Below are positions 18,041 through 26,557 of a stretch of DNA of 40,119 bases, piece after piece. A program made the translations under genes and the position numbers. The notes beneath the pieces were generated by a model, which had not been told where the DNA came from, did no database searches, and saw only the letters and a list, made by a program, of their open reading frames with translations. This DNA comes from an uncultured Bacteroidales bacterium (GTDB lineage Bacteria > Bacteroidota > Bacteroidia > Bacteroidales > JACABE01), in contig CAIZXK010000488.1 in assembly GCA_903936865.1 (NCBI GenBank), positions 1 through 40,119 of the forward strand, written 5' to 3'. The stretch's first letter is position 1. Every line of letters starts with the position of its first letter.

Positions 18041-20758
18041 TTAAAATCTAATTCCAAGATTCAGGAAGAATGTTCTACCTAAACCATAAAAATACTTCGG
18101 TGGAAATTTATTAATGTCTTTGGTGTCGAAATTAAATCGCATCTGTTCGTAACCGCCGGTAATTAATGAAGTATTATCAAGTAAATTGCTTATGCTGAAG
18201 TTAAGATTTAAATTAACTTTTTTTACCTGCCACGATTTTCCAATGGAAGCATCAACGGTAAACCCATCATCAAGTTTGATCTGATTAACAATGGAAGGAA
18301 TCCTTGGATCATTAGGATTTGCATAAGGTAATGCACTAATAGTGCGTCTTTCCGGGTTAAAATCAAGATAATTATCACCAAAATAGTTAACATTGGCATT
18401 AAAGAACCAATATTTTGGGTGACGGTAACTGATACCAACCGAACCGGCAGTTTGAGGGCTTCCGTTTACATAGAAGTTCTTCATATAAACTGTTTTGTTA
18501 ATATCTGGCTGCGAACCATTATCATAAGTTATCGTTACATTTGAATTACTGGTATAACGGAAATTTCCGATAGCAACAACTCCTGTAAATGAAACCGTTG
18601 ATGTAGCTTTAACTTCTGTTCCAAATTCCATCCCCTGATGAACTTTATCGATTCCAGTCATGGCATAGTTTACAAAAGTACCCAGATCATCATTATAAAA
18701 ACTAATAATGTCATTTTGATTCCAAAACATGGTTTGATATAAAGTTAAACGGGCTTTTATGTAAGGTGTACGTAATATATAATTAATATCACCTGACAAT
18801 ATTTTTTCGTTAATCAAAACAGAGCTGACATTATCTCTTGTTCTGGGCGATAAAAAAGAATTATAAACAGAAGGAGCCCGTGTAGTAGCCTGAGCATTTG
18901 CTAAAATAAAATTACGTCCGTTTATCTTATAATTAAATCCAACTTTTCCACCTCCATTAAAAAAGTTATAGGTTTCAGAATCACCAAAAGAATTATCTAA
19001 ATAGCGGCCATTTTTCATATAACCAGTTCTCCAGAAAGAAGTAGAATTTACATTTGCTGCTATATAATAATCAATCTTATCACCAATAACTTCAACCTGA
19101 CCCCATAATTGACCGGTATTTGAATTGATATCATAGTCATAACCATAAACATCACCTTCTTTTACAATACGGTTTGGATTGTTTACATCATTTTGGTTTT
19201 TTATAGTATCTCCGTTAAAATCGCGTTCAGCAAAATTATCAACATCTAACCAAAAATTTCCACCCAATAAATCGTCAATGGTTTTAAAGTGATGACCTGT
19301 ATATTTACGATATTCAAAACCACCATCAAAATTCACATTGCTTGCAAGCTCTTTATTTAAAAGAACACTAAAATTCAACGTTGTTTGGTCGTTACGTCTG
19401 TCTTCTACAACATAGCTGGCTTGTTTTCCTTTTAAATTAGCATTGTAATTCATCTGATACAATTCATCCCAGTTAATCTGAGATCTGTTTGGATCATTTT
19501 GCCATGCCAGTGTAGTTAAATTAATTACATTCGGGTCAGCAATATGGTTTGAAATATAATTTTCATAACTTGGCATATAACGGTAATAGTCAGGACGCGG
19601 ATCAGCGGAATTATACCAGTTAAGAGCTGTACCTCCATTGTAACCAAATGAATAGCCCAGAGAGGTTGTCAGTTTTGTTTTTGCATTTATATCCCAGTAA
19701 TGAGAAAGTATCATCATGGGTTCATGAAAATTCTTTACTCTTGCATTTCTAACTTCACCATCCTGCATACCCCAATTCGGATTGTAATAATTACTTCCCA
19801 TCAAATCATAAGCTTCCTGAGTAGCTCCTCCCTGCTGACCTCTTTTAGTAGGAGAACCGAAAGCAGTAAAACCGATGCTGTGTTGATTGTTTATTTTCTT
19901 TTCAATTGAAACAAAATATGCCCAGGCATCATAAAAGACACCTTTTACATAACCACCTTCACCCCAACGACGCGAACCACTTACGGTAAAAGCCCAGTTA
20001 TTATCCATCAAACCTGTTGAATAAGTAAACATAGCTCTGTTGGTGTAGGTTTTGTCTGATAATGAATACGTAAATTTTATTTGTTTTCTTTGTTTGGATG
20101 CTCTGGTAATTATATTGGTAGAACCTCCCAATCCTCCAAAAGCAAACCTTGAGGAAGAAACTCCATTAACAACTTCCTTGTTTCGGGTAGCATCATTTAG
20201 TCCACCCCATTCCGACCATGATGCCCTACCGTTTTCGGCATCGTTAACATTGATGCCATTCATATAAATCGAAAAATTTTCAGAATCATATCCTCTCATT
20301 CTGAAATACATGGCTCCTAATGTATAGCTTGCGGTTGAAGTAAAAATATCTCCTGATGAATGCAATAAACCAGAAACAGCTTGTCCTTTGCTTTCATCAT
20401 CGCCTTCCAGATCGGCAATATTTACTTCAGAAACCCCTCTGCGTTCATTTTCTGCATTAATCCTTGAGGTTAGTTCGGCTTTTACATAAACCTGAGATGC
20501 AGCTATCTTTACAGTACTTTCGTATTTTTCAAACCCAACTGCAATAACCGTTAATTTAGTCTCACCATATTTCAAGCCAGCAATTTCAAAGTATCCGTTG
20601 GCATCCGAAACTGTTTGATTGCTTCCTGCAACCACAATTGCTTCAGAAAGTGCTTTACCGGTACTTTGATCATATACATTCCCCGTAAGTTTACCCTGCT
20701 GTGCCATCAATCCGGCTCCTATCAACATAAAGAGCAACAATGATGTAATTTGTCTCAT
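18041..20758 (-). CDS. TonB-dependent outer-membrane receptor with N-terminal carboxypeptidase-regulatory-like domain
   Basis: 905 aa with a signal peptide, a CarboxypepD_reg-like segment (GKLTGNVYDQSTGKALSEAIVVAG..SDANGYFEI), a plug region and a long beta-barrel. The terminal LGRTFFLNLGIRF ends in an aromatic residue. Confidence 0.9.
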   Translation of the reverse strand: MRQITSLLLFMLIGAGLMAQQGKLTGNVYDQSTGKALSEAIVVAGSNQTVSDANGYFEIAGLKYGETKLTVIAVGFEKYESTVKIAASQVYVKAELTSRINAENERRGVSEVNIADLEGDDESKGQAVSGLLHSSGDIFTSTASYTLGAMYFRMRGYDSENFSIYMNGINVNDAENGRASWSEWGGLNDATRNKEVVNGVSSSRFAFGGLGGSTNIITRASKQRKQIKFTYSLSDKTYTNRAMFTYSTGLMDNNWAFTVSGSRRWGEGGYVKGVFYDAWAYFVSIEKKINNQHSIGFTAFGSPTKRGQQGGATQEAYDLMGSNYYNPNWGMQDGEVRNARVKNFHEPMMILSHYWDINAKTKLTTSLGYSFGYNGGTALNWYNSADPRPDYYRYMPSYENYISNHIADPNVINLTTLAWQNDPNRSQINWDELYQMNYNANLKGKQASYVVEDRRNDQTTLNFSVLLNKELASNVNFDGGFEYRKYTGHHFKTIDDLLGGNFWLDVDNFAERDFNGDTIKNQNDVNNPNRIVKEGDVYGYDYDINSNTGQLWGQVEVIGDKIDYYIAANVNSTSFWRTGYMKNGRYLDNSFGDSETYNFFNGGGKVGFNYKINGRNFILANAQATTRAPSVYNSFLSPRTRDNVSSVLINEKILSGDINYILRTPYIKARLTLYQTMFWNQNDIISFYNDDLGTFVNYAMTGIDKVHQGMEFGTEVKATSTVSFTGVVAIGNFRYTSNSNVTITYDNGSQPDINKTVYMKNFYVNGSPQTAGSVGISYRHPKYWFFNANVNYFGDNYLDFNPERRTISALPYANPNDPRIPSIVNQIKLDDGFTVDASIGKSWQVKKVNLNLNFSISNLLDNTSLITGGYEQMRFNFDTKDINKFPPKYFYGLGRTFFLNLGIRF

Positions 20759-20888
20759 CTTTTTTTAAATGTTAGTGAATATTAATCTCTTTTTTATGAA
20801 CAATAAATTATAATACAAACAATAACAGCTATTTAATTGGATTGTTATGGCAAATTATATTATTTCCTAATTTATTAATCATTTTAAA

Positions 20889-20902
20889 TACTTTGCAAAG
20901 TA
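20889..20902. promoter_or_regulatory. 14-bp perfect palindrome TACTTTGCAAAGTA upstream of the TonB-dependent receptor gene
   Basis: Perfect 7+7 palindrome ~130 nt upstream of start 20758. It shares the CTTTG/CAAAG half-sites with the palindromes at 26416 and 26482. A chance occurrence in AT-rich DNA is not excluded. Confidence 0.2.
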
Positions 20903-21177
20903 AATAAATATTTTGATGCATGATTAAATCATATTCTTTTTTTAAAATGAAATAATTACATTGAATATGTATATTGTACTGATTGTATGAATTTTATAAT
21001 ATATTTAAGTTAATTAAATTAACATTATATCAACAAGAAAAAATATTTAACTTTAAACTAACATATTTTGCATAATACAGGCTTTTAACAACTTAAGCAA
21101 AACAAACAATATCAGTAGTAAAAATTTAGTTGTTTTTATTGCATTTTATTAATTGATTAATATTTTTTTTAAAAATA

Positions 21178-21210
21178 TTGACGAGTTAATTAAATTATTT
21201 AATACTTTTG
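21178..21210 (+). promoter_or_regulatory. Candidate Bacteroidetes-type promoter of the OMP gene
   Basis: TTG (21178-21180), N22, then TACTTTTG (21203-21210, TAnnTTTG). A second -7-like box TATTTTTG lies at 21220-21227. Confidence 0.3.
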
Positions 21211-21255
21211 AATAAAATTTATTTTTGATTACTTATACAATAAAAGTTCAATTAC

Positions 21256-22005
21256 ATGAAAAAATTATTTATCACATTATTTGCAATATTCTTATTGATT
21301 GGTAATGGTTTTGCACAGTTGCATTATAAACCTTACGAACTAAATATCAATGCTCCCAATAGCGAAAATGTTTACAAACGCTATATGGAAGGTAAAACAT
21401 TTCTTGGAATAAATGGAGGAATTTCACTGCCTTTAGCCGATTATGGTAAAAATATTAATTTAGGGTTAGGGTTGGGAATTCAAGCAAAATATTTTATAAG
21501 TGATCATTTTGTTTTTGGAGCAAACTTCAATTTTTACAATTCATCTCTAAAAGATGAATTCATTAATGAGCAAAAATTAAGTTTTCAATTAATTGCTAAT
21601 GACCCAGCAATGAGTGACAGTACTAAAGGACCACTAACAATTTTGTCCGTTGATGGAAGTTCTACTTTATATCCTTTCACATTAAATTTCGAATATTATT
21701 TTTCACCAAAACAAAGATTTAAACCATTTGTAGGCTTAGGTTTAGGGTTTTATGTTGTAAATTACAATATTGAAATATCTACTAATTACGAAAAACCACA
21801 ATTATTCAGAGAAGAGGAATCAAAATTTGGATCAAAAATTGATTCTTATTTCGGAGTAACACCTTACGTAGGTTTTATGGTTGATTTTAATGAACTTATG
21901 AGTATGAATTTTGATGTAAGAAACAATATTATTTTGTCAACGCCAGTTAATTTAAGCGTTTCAGTTAATTTGGGTTTAATCTTTAATCTTGCCTACAAAT
22001 ATTAA
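21256..22005 (+). CDS. Outer-membrane beta-barrel protein (OmpW/porin-like small OMP)
   Basis: 249 aa with signal peptide MKKLFITLFAIFLLIGNGFAQ, alternating hydrophobic beta-strand pattern (GLGLGIQAKYF, FVGLGLGFYVV) and C-terminal LIFNLAYKY. Confidence 0.7.
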   Translation: MKKLFITLFAIFLLIGNGFAQLHYKPYELNINAPNSENVYKRYMEGKTFLGINGGISLPLADYGKNINLGLGLGIQAKYFISDHFVFGANFNFYNSSLKDEFINEQKLSFQLIANDPAMSDSTKGPLTILSVDGSSTLYPFTLNFEYYFSPKQRFKPFVGLGLGFYVVNYNIEISTNYEKPQLFREEESKFGSKIDSYFGVTPYVGFMVDFNELMSMNFDVRNNIILSTPVNLSVSVNLGLIFNLAYKY

Positions 22006-22023
22006 AGTTGAAATACAAATAAG

Positions 22024-22061
22024 AAAAAAACGACGATTTATATAAAATCGTCGTTTTTTTT
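22024..22061 (+). terminator. Intrinsic terminator after the OMP gene
   Basis: A-run, CGACGATTT - atata - AAATCGTCG, then T8. Confidence 0.8.
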
Positions 22062-22092
22062 AAAATGTAAAAAAGAAATTTAATTTCAATAA

Positions 22093-22189
22093 CCTTAATC
22101 CAGATTTATAGGATTGATTTTTTGATTTTTATGAATCCTTATAATTATTCGATTTTCAGTTAGTCATCAGATGGTTTGCGGATTTTAGG
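22093..22189 (+). mobile_element. Possible short/degenerate family A element, copy d
   Basis: The 3' end TTGCGGATTTTAGG (22176-22189) is identical to 941-954. The 5' end CCTTAATCCAGA (22093-22104) resembles the family A 5' TIR. The interior was not aligned. Confidence 0.3.
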
Positions 22190-22206
22190 AAATAAGATTA
22201 ATTTTG
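22175..22206 (+). promoter_or_regulatory. Candidate promoter of the DUF4271 gene (-33 TTTG / -7 TAATTTTG)
   Basis: TTTG (22175-22178), a 20-nt spacer, then TAATTTTG (22199-22206), 14 nt before ATG 22220. The -33 element lies inside the family A-like terminal sequence. Confidence 0.4.
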
Positions 22207-22219
22207 CAAAAAAAACAAA

Positions 22220-23149
22220 ATGCAAGGTGATACCATAATTAACAAACAGTTAAATGATAGTAGCAATACTTTCCTTTTGTATTGTAAACCTTGCAAAGAT
22301 AGCAGCGGGATTTTGTCTGCTTTACATGAAAAGACTTATGATTCGTTGCATTACAAGTATTTTTTTGTTAATACATTTAAGTATAATAATACGATACAAA
22401 CAGAAACTCATTTAAATACAAAACCTTCCTTTTTATCACCACATCTCTTAAATACCAACACGTTAAAATCGAAACCAATAAATTCATATTCAAATGATTG
22501 GATATTAATCATTTTAATTATTAGTTTTTTATTATACGCATGGACTCATTTTGTATCGTCAAAGCGACTAAAACAAATATTTAATGCCCCATTTACAAAC
22601 AGGGCACTTAATCAATTAACCCGTGATGGTGACATCTTTAAAGAAAGAATTTCTATTCCTCTTATCATAATATATATACTTTCAAGCTCATTGTTTATAT
22701 TTAATATTGGCCATTATCTGATAAATTTTAAAAATTTAGATTTATATAATTTATTTTTCTTTATTAAAATATTTGGTGTAATTAGTCTGCTCATGTTGCT
22801 CAAAAGCGTTATAACCCGCTTTATCGGGATTATTTTCAAAAATTTAGCTGCAACGTCTGCATACCTGCTAAATAGTTTGATATTTAACATTATCACTGGT
22901 TTAATATTGTTACCCGTCAATGTTTTTTTAGCTTATTCAAATCCGACATTTTCAAGAGTACTAATTATATTAACCATAATTATTTTGCTGATATTCAATG
23001 TTATTAGATTTGGACGCTATATTATAATAGGTATAAGCTATTCAAAGTTTTCTCAATTCTATTTATTTTTATATCTTTGCACACTTGAAATTTTACCAGT
23101 ATTGATTTTGATAAAAATTTATATTAGTTTGATTGATAATTATTTGTAA
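22220..23149 (+). CDS. DUF4271-like polytopic membrane protein
   Basis: 309 aa with a ~100-aa soluble N-terminus followed by about 6 TM segments. Its position immediately upstream of a HemD-family gene is the usual Bacteroidetes DUF4271 context. Confidence 0.55.
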   Translation: MQGDTIINKQLNDSSNTFLLYCKPCKDSSGILSALHEKTYDSLHYKYFFVNTFKYNNTIQTETHLNTKPSFLSPHLLNTNTLKSKPINSYSNDWILIILIISFLLYAWTHFVSSKRLKQIFNAPFTNRALNQLTRDGDIFKERISIPLIIIYILSSSLFIFNIGHYLINFKNLDLYNLFFFIKIFGVISLLMLLKSVITRFIGIIFKNLAATSAYLLNSLIFNIITGLILLPVNVFLAYSNPTFSRVLIILTIIILLIFNVIRFGRYIIIGISYSKFSQFYLFLYLCTLEILPVLILIKIYISLIDNYL

Positions 23150-23183
23150 AATAAAATAATGTTGGCAATAGCCTATTTCAACT

Positions 23184-23939
23184 ATGAAAATAAAAAATAT
23201 CTTAATATCCCAGCCAGCTCCATCGGAAACAGAAAAATCTCCTTACAGAGATTTAGCTGAAAAGTATAATTTAAAAATGGATTTTTATAAATTCTTTAAA
23301 ATTGAAGGAATTGTTGGAAAGGATTTTAGATTAGACAGAGTAAATATTGCTGATTATAATGCCGTTATATTTACAAGCAGGCATGCGGTTGATCATTATT
23401 TCAGAATTTCAAAAGAAGTTAGGTTTGACGTACCTGATACAATGAAATATTTTTGCATTTCAGAAGCTATTGCTCTTTATCTGCAAAAATATGTACAATA
23501 CCGTAAAAGAAAGATTTTTCATGGAAAACAAACTTTTCCTGAATTAATGGATATTATTTTAAAGCACAAAGAAGATAAATTTTTACTTCCATGTTCTGAT
23601 ATCCACAACCAGGATATTTTTGATTTACTGAAAAAAGAAGAAGTAAGGTATGCTAAAGCTGTTATTTACAAAACAGTGGATGTAGATTTAAAAACGGAGA
23701 TTGATATTAACAAATACGATATGCTGGTATTGTTTAGTCCATCAGGCGTAAAATCCTTGTTTAATAATTATCCCGATTTTCAGCAAGGAGAAAAAATTAT
23801 TGCTGGATTTGGTTCTACCACCGCTTTAGCAATAAAAGAAAGTGGCTTAACTATTAGTATTAATGCACCCACAAAATCTTGTCCTTCAATGGCAATGGCA
23901 ATTGAAGAATTTTTAAAAAAATTAGCTAAAAAGAAATAA
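23184..23939 (+). CDS. hemD: Uroporphyrinogen-III synthase family protein
   Basis: 251 aa. The N-terminus KNILISQPAPSETEKSPYRDLAEKYNLKMDF and FTSRHAVDHYF / LFSPSGVKSLF fit the two-lobed HemD fold of Bacteroidetes homologues. Confidence 0.7.
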   Translation: MKIKNILISQPAPSETEKSPYRDLAEKYNLKMDFYKFFKIEGIVGKDFRLDRVNIADYNAVIFTSRHAVDHYFRISKEVRFDVPDTMKYFCISEAIALYLQKYVQYRKRKIFHGKQTFPELMDIILKHKEDKFLLPCSDIHNQDIFDLLKKEEVRYAKAVIYKTVDVDLKTEIDINKYDMLVLFSPSGVKSLFNNYPDFQQGEKIIAGFGSTTALAIKESGLTISINAPTKSCPSMAMAIEEFLKKLAKKK

Positions 23940-23959
23940 AAATCATTGCATTATAATTG

Positions 23960-23986
23960 AAGACGCTGATAATCAGCGTCTTTTTA
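23960..23986 (+). terminator. Intrinsic terminator after hemD
   Basis: AGACGCTG - ataat - CAGCGTCT followed by T5. Confidence 0.75.
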
Positions 23987-23997
23987 TTTGTTTAAAA

Positions 23998-24384
23998 ATG
24001 CCGGAATTTAAAAAAGAGGAGAGATTATGTGCTAAGAAATCCATTGATTTCCTTTTCAAAAATGGAAAACCAATGTTTTCTTATCCTTTTAATGTTAAAT
24101 GGCATTATGCTGAATTAGCAACAACTTTTCCAGTTCAGGTTTTAATTGTTGTTTCAAAAAGAAATTTCAAAAAAGCTACAGATAGAAATAGAATAAAACG
24201 ATTAATCAGAGAAGCCTACCGTTTAAACAAACACATTCTATATCAATATCTTAATGAAAAAAACAAAAATATTGTTTTAACGCTAATTTATACAGAAAAA
24301 GAAATTTTAAATTATCATTTTATAGCAGATAAAATAATTTTAACTTTACAACGTTTAATAAAATTGCAGGAAAAAGCCGATTGA
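23998..24384 (+). CDS. rnpA: Ribonuclease P protein component
   Basis: 128 aa, basic. The RNR motif [17 protein letters not shown] is present, and the gene is followed by yidD. Confidence 0.9.
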   Translation: MPEFKKEERLCAKKSIDFLFKNGKPMFSYPFNVKWHYAELATTFPVQVLIVVSKRNFKKATDRNRIKRLIREAYRLNKHILYQYLNEKNKNIVLTLIYTEKEILNYHFIADKIILTLQRLIKLQEKAD

Positions 24385-24436
24385 TTTTTTATATTTAAAT
24401 CAGTCAGCTATTAATTTGTTGGATAATAATCGCAGG

Positions 24437-24658
24437 ATGAAAAAAATAATAGGTGGTTTTTTTATTATAATCATAAGAATTTATCAATACACTATATCTC
24501 CTTATTTCCCTGCATCTTGCAGATATTCACCAAGTTGTTCTGCTTATGGGATTGAAGCATTAAAAAAGCATGGTCCTTTTAAAGGAGGTTGGTTGGCAAT
24601 CAAAAGAATTGTTTCCTGCAATCCATGGGGTGGAAGTGGTTACGATCCGGTACCTTAA
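24437..24658 (+). CDS. yidD: Membrane protein insertion efficiency factor YidD
   Basis: [52 protein letters not shown] is the YidD signature. ATG 24437 is preferred over the track's TTG 24416. Confidence 0.9.
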   Translation: MKKIIGGFFIIIIRIYQYTISPYFPASCRYSPSCSAYGIEALKKHGPFKGGWLAIKRIVSCNPWGGSGYDPVP

Positions 24659-24720
24659 ATGTTGCAAAATATAATTCATTAATTACTTAAATTATCGACA
24701 ATTAATCATAACAAAAAGAA

Positions 24721-26385
24721 ATGATACAATTAGGAAAAATAAGATTTCAGTTATTCTTTATACTTTTTTTGGGATTTGGTTTTATTGCCAATGCTCAAAA
24801 AGACAATGATTTTGAAATTTCTAAGAATCTCGAAATTTTCACTACACTTTACCGGCAGTTACATCTAAATTATGTAGATAATATAAATTCCGGCGATCTT
24901 ATGAAAAAGGGAATTGATGCGATGCTGGATGATATGGATCCCTATACAGTTTTTATTCCCGAAGCAGAAATTGAAGATTATAAACTTCTAACAACGGGTC
25001 AATATGGTGGGGTTGGTGCTTTGATTCACCAAAATGGAGATTTTGTTATAATTTCAGATCCTTATGAAGGTTTTCCAGCATTTAAAGCAGGTTTAATACC
25101 TGGTGATAAAATTATTGAGGTAAACAAGCAAAGTGCTAAAGGTAAATCTGTTAATGACATCAGTACCATATTAAAAGGTCAGCCCGGTACCAATATAAGT
25201 ATTCTGATTGAAAGAGAAGGTGAATTGAAACCTATTGAGAAAAATCTTACCAGAGAAGAAATTAAATTAGAAAATGTTCCTTATTATGGATTGGTTGGTA
25301 AAAGTACTGGTTATATTAAGTTAACAGGATTTACACAAGAAGCCGGTAAAGAAGTAAAAGAAGCATTATTAAAACTAAAGGAAACAGATAAAATAACTTC
25401 TGTAATTCTTGATTTAAGAGGCAACGGTGGCGGTTTGTTACAAGAAGCCGTTAATATTGTAAATCTATTTGTAGATAAGGGACAATTGGTTGTAAATACA
25501 AAAGGAAAAGTAGAAGAAAGGAATTTCTCACATGTTACTACAAATTCTGCGGTAGATAATAAAATCCCATTGATAGTTTTAGTTGACAGAGGTAGTGCTT
25601 CTGCTTCGGAGATTGTATCAGGAGCCATTCAAGACTTAGACAGAGGAGTAATTATTGGTCAGAAAACATTTGGTAAAGGGCTGGTTCAAAACATATTTCC
25701 GGTTAGTTACAATTCTCAGGTAAAAATTACAATAGCAAAATATTATATTCCAAGTGGCAGATGTATTCAAGCGATAGATTATTCTCATAAAGGAGAAAAC
25801 GGAAATTCAGATAAATTTCCAGATTCATTGAAAACTGCCTTTAAAACAAAAAATGGCAGAACAGTATATGATGGTGGAGGAATTGAACCTGATTTTATTT
25901 TAACACCAGAAAAAACAAGCAATATAACCATTAGTTTGATAACTAAATATCACATTTTCAACTATGCCAACTATTATAAAAGATTAAATCCAAGTATAAG
26001 TCCTGCTAAAGAGTTTACTGTTTCCGATGCAATGTATGATAATTTTGTACAATATTTAGCTGGGAAAGACTATGATTATACTACAAAAAGTGAAAAAAAT
26101 CTCGCTGAACTAAAGTCAATAGCTGAAAAAGAAAACTATTTTGATGCTATTAAAACAGAATATCAAGCTCTTAAAGACAAATTAATTCATAACAAAAACG
26201 AAGACTTAATTAAAAATAAGGAAGAAATTAAATTACTTCTTAAAGACGAAATAGCAAGCAGGTATTATTATCAAAAAGGTAGAATAGAATCTTCTTTGTC
26301 AACCGATAATGAAATAAAAAAAGCATTAGAGGTATTTAATGATGAAAAATTGTTTAGCAAAACACTTAAAGGTAGCAACAATTAA
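24721..26385 (+). CDS. S41 family C-terminal processing peptidase with PDZ domain
   Basis: 554 aa with a signal peptide and a PDZ segment (GLIPGDKIIEVN). S41 motifs are DLRGNGGGLL, VDRGSASASEIVSGAIQD and GQKTFGKGLVQ. Confidence 0.9.
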   Translation: MIQLGKIRFQLFFILFLGFGFIANAQKDNDFEISKNLEIFTTLYRQLHLNYVDNINSGDLMKKGIDAMLDDMDPYTVFIPEAEIEDYKLLTTGQYGGVGALIHQNGDFVIISDPYEGFPAFKAGLIPGDKIIEVNKQSAKGKSVNDISTILKGQPGTNISILIEREGELKPIEKNLTREEIKLENVPYYGLVGKSTGYIKLTGFTQEAGKEVKEALLKLKETDKITSVILDLRGNGGGLLQEAVNIVNLFVDKGQLVVNTKGKVEERNFSHVTTNSAVDNKIPLIVLVDRGSASASEIVSGAIQDLDRGVIIGQKTFGKGLVQNIFPVSYNSQVKITIAKYYIPSGRCIQAIDYSHKGENGNSDKFPDSLKTAFKTKNGRTVYDGGGIEPDFILTPEKTSNITISLITKYHIFNYANYYKRLNPSISPAKEFTVSDAMYDNFVQYLAGKDYDYTTKSEKNLAELKSIAEKENYFDAIKTEYQALKDKLIHNKNEDLIKNKEEIKLLLKDEIASRYYYQKGRIESSLSTDNEIKKALEVFNDEKLFSKTLKGSNN

Positions 26386-26415
26386 AATTATACTACCTTA
26401 TAACAATAGTTCGTT

Positions 26416-26432
26416 AAACTTTGACAAAGTTT
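26416..26432. promoter_or_regulatory. 17-bp perfect palindrome AAACTTTGACAAAGTTT (candidate operator, site 1)
   Basis: 8+1+8 perfect palindrome in the intergenic region upstream of the O-antigen-ligase-like gene. It is paired with a near-identical site 66 bp downstream. Confidence 0.4.
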
Positions 26433-26481
26433 TTACAATAGTGTAATCAATTGATTAGTAATATATTTATATAAACAACTA

Positions 26482-26498
26482 TAACTTTGTCAAAGTTA
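26482..26498. promoter_or_regulatory. 17-bp perfect palindrome TAACTTTGTCAAAGTTA (candidate operator, site 2; also contains a TAnnTTTG -7-like box)
   Basis: 8+1+8 perfect palindrome. Its core AACTTTGTCAAAGTT is the reverse complement of the site 1 core. It lies 60 nt upstream of ATG 26558. Confidence 0.4.
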
Positions 26499-26557
26499 GT
26501 AATATCAGCAACTAATAAAGGTTCAACAGCGTATTATTAAAAAAAAACTGTAATAAA

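Noticed and set aside
20759-21255. Several short perfect palindromes in the 497-bp divergent promoter region (e.g. ATGATTAAATCAT at 20920-20932)
   Set aside because: With 6-7-bp arms in very AT-rich DNA, such palindromes are expected by chance. Only the one sharing the CTTTG/CAAAG core with the 26.4-kb sites was kept, at low confidence.
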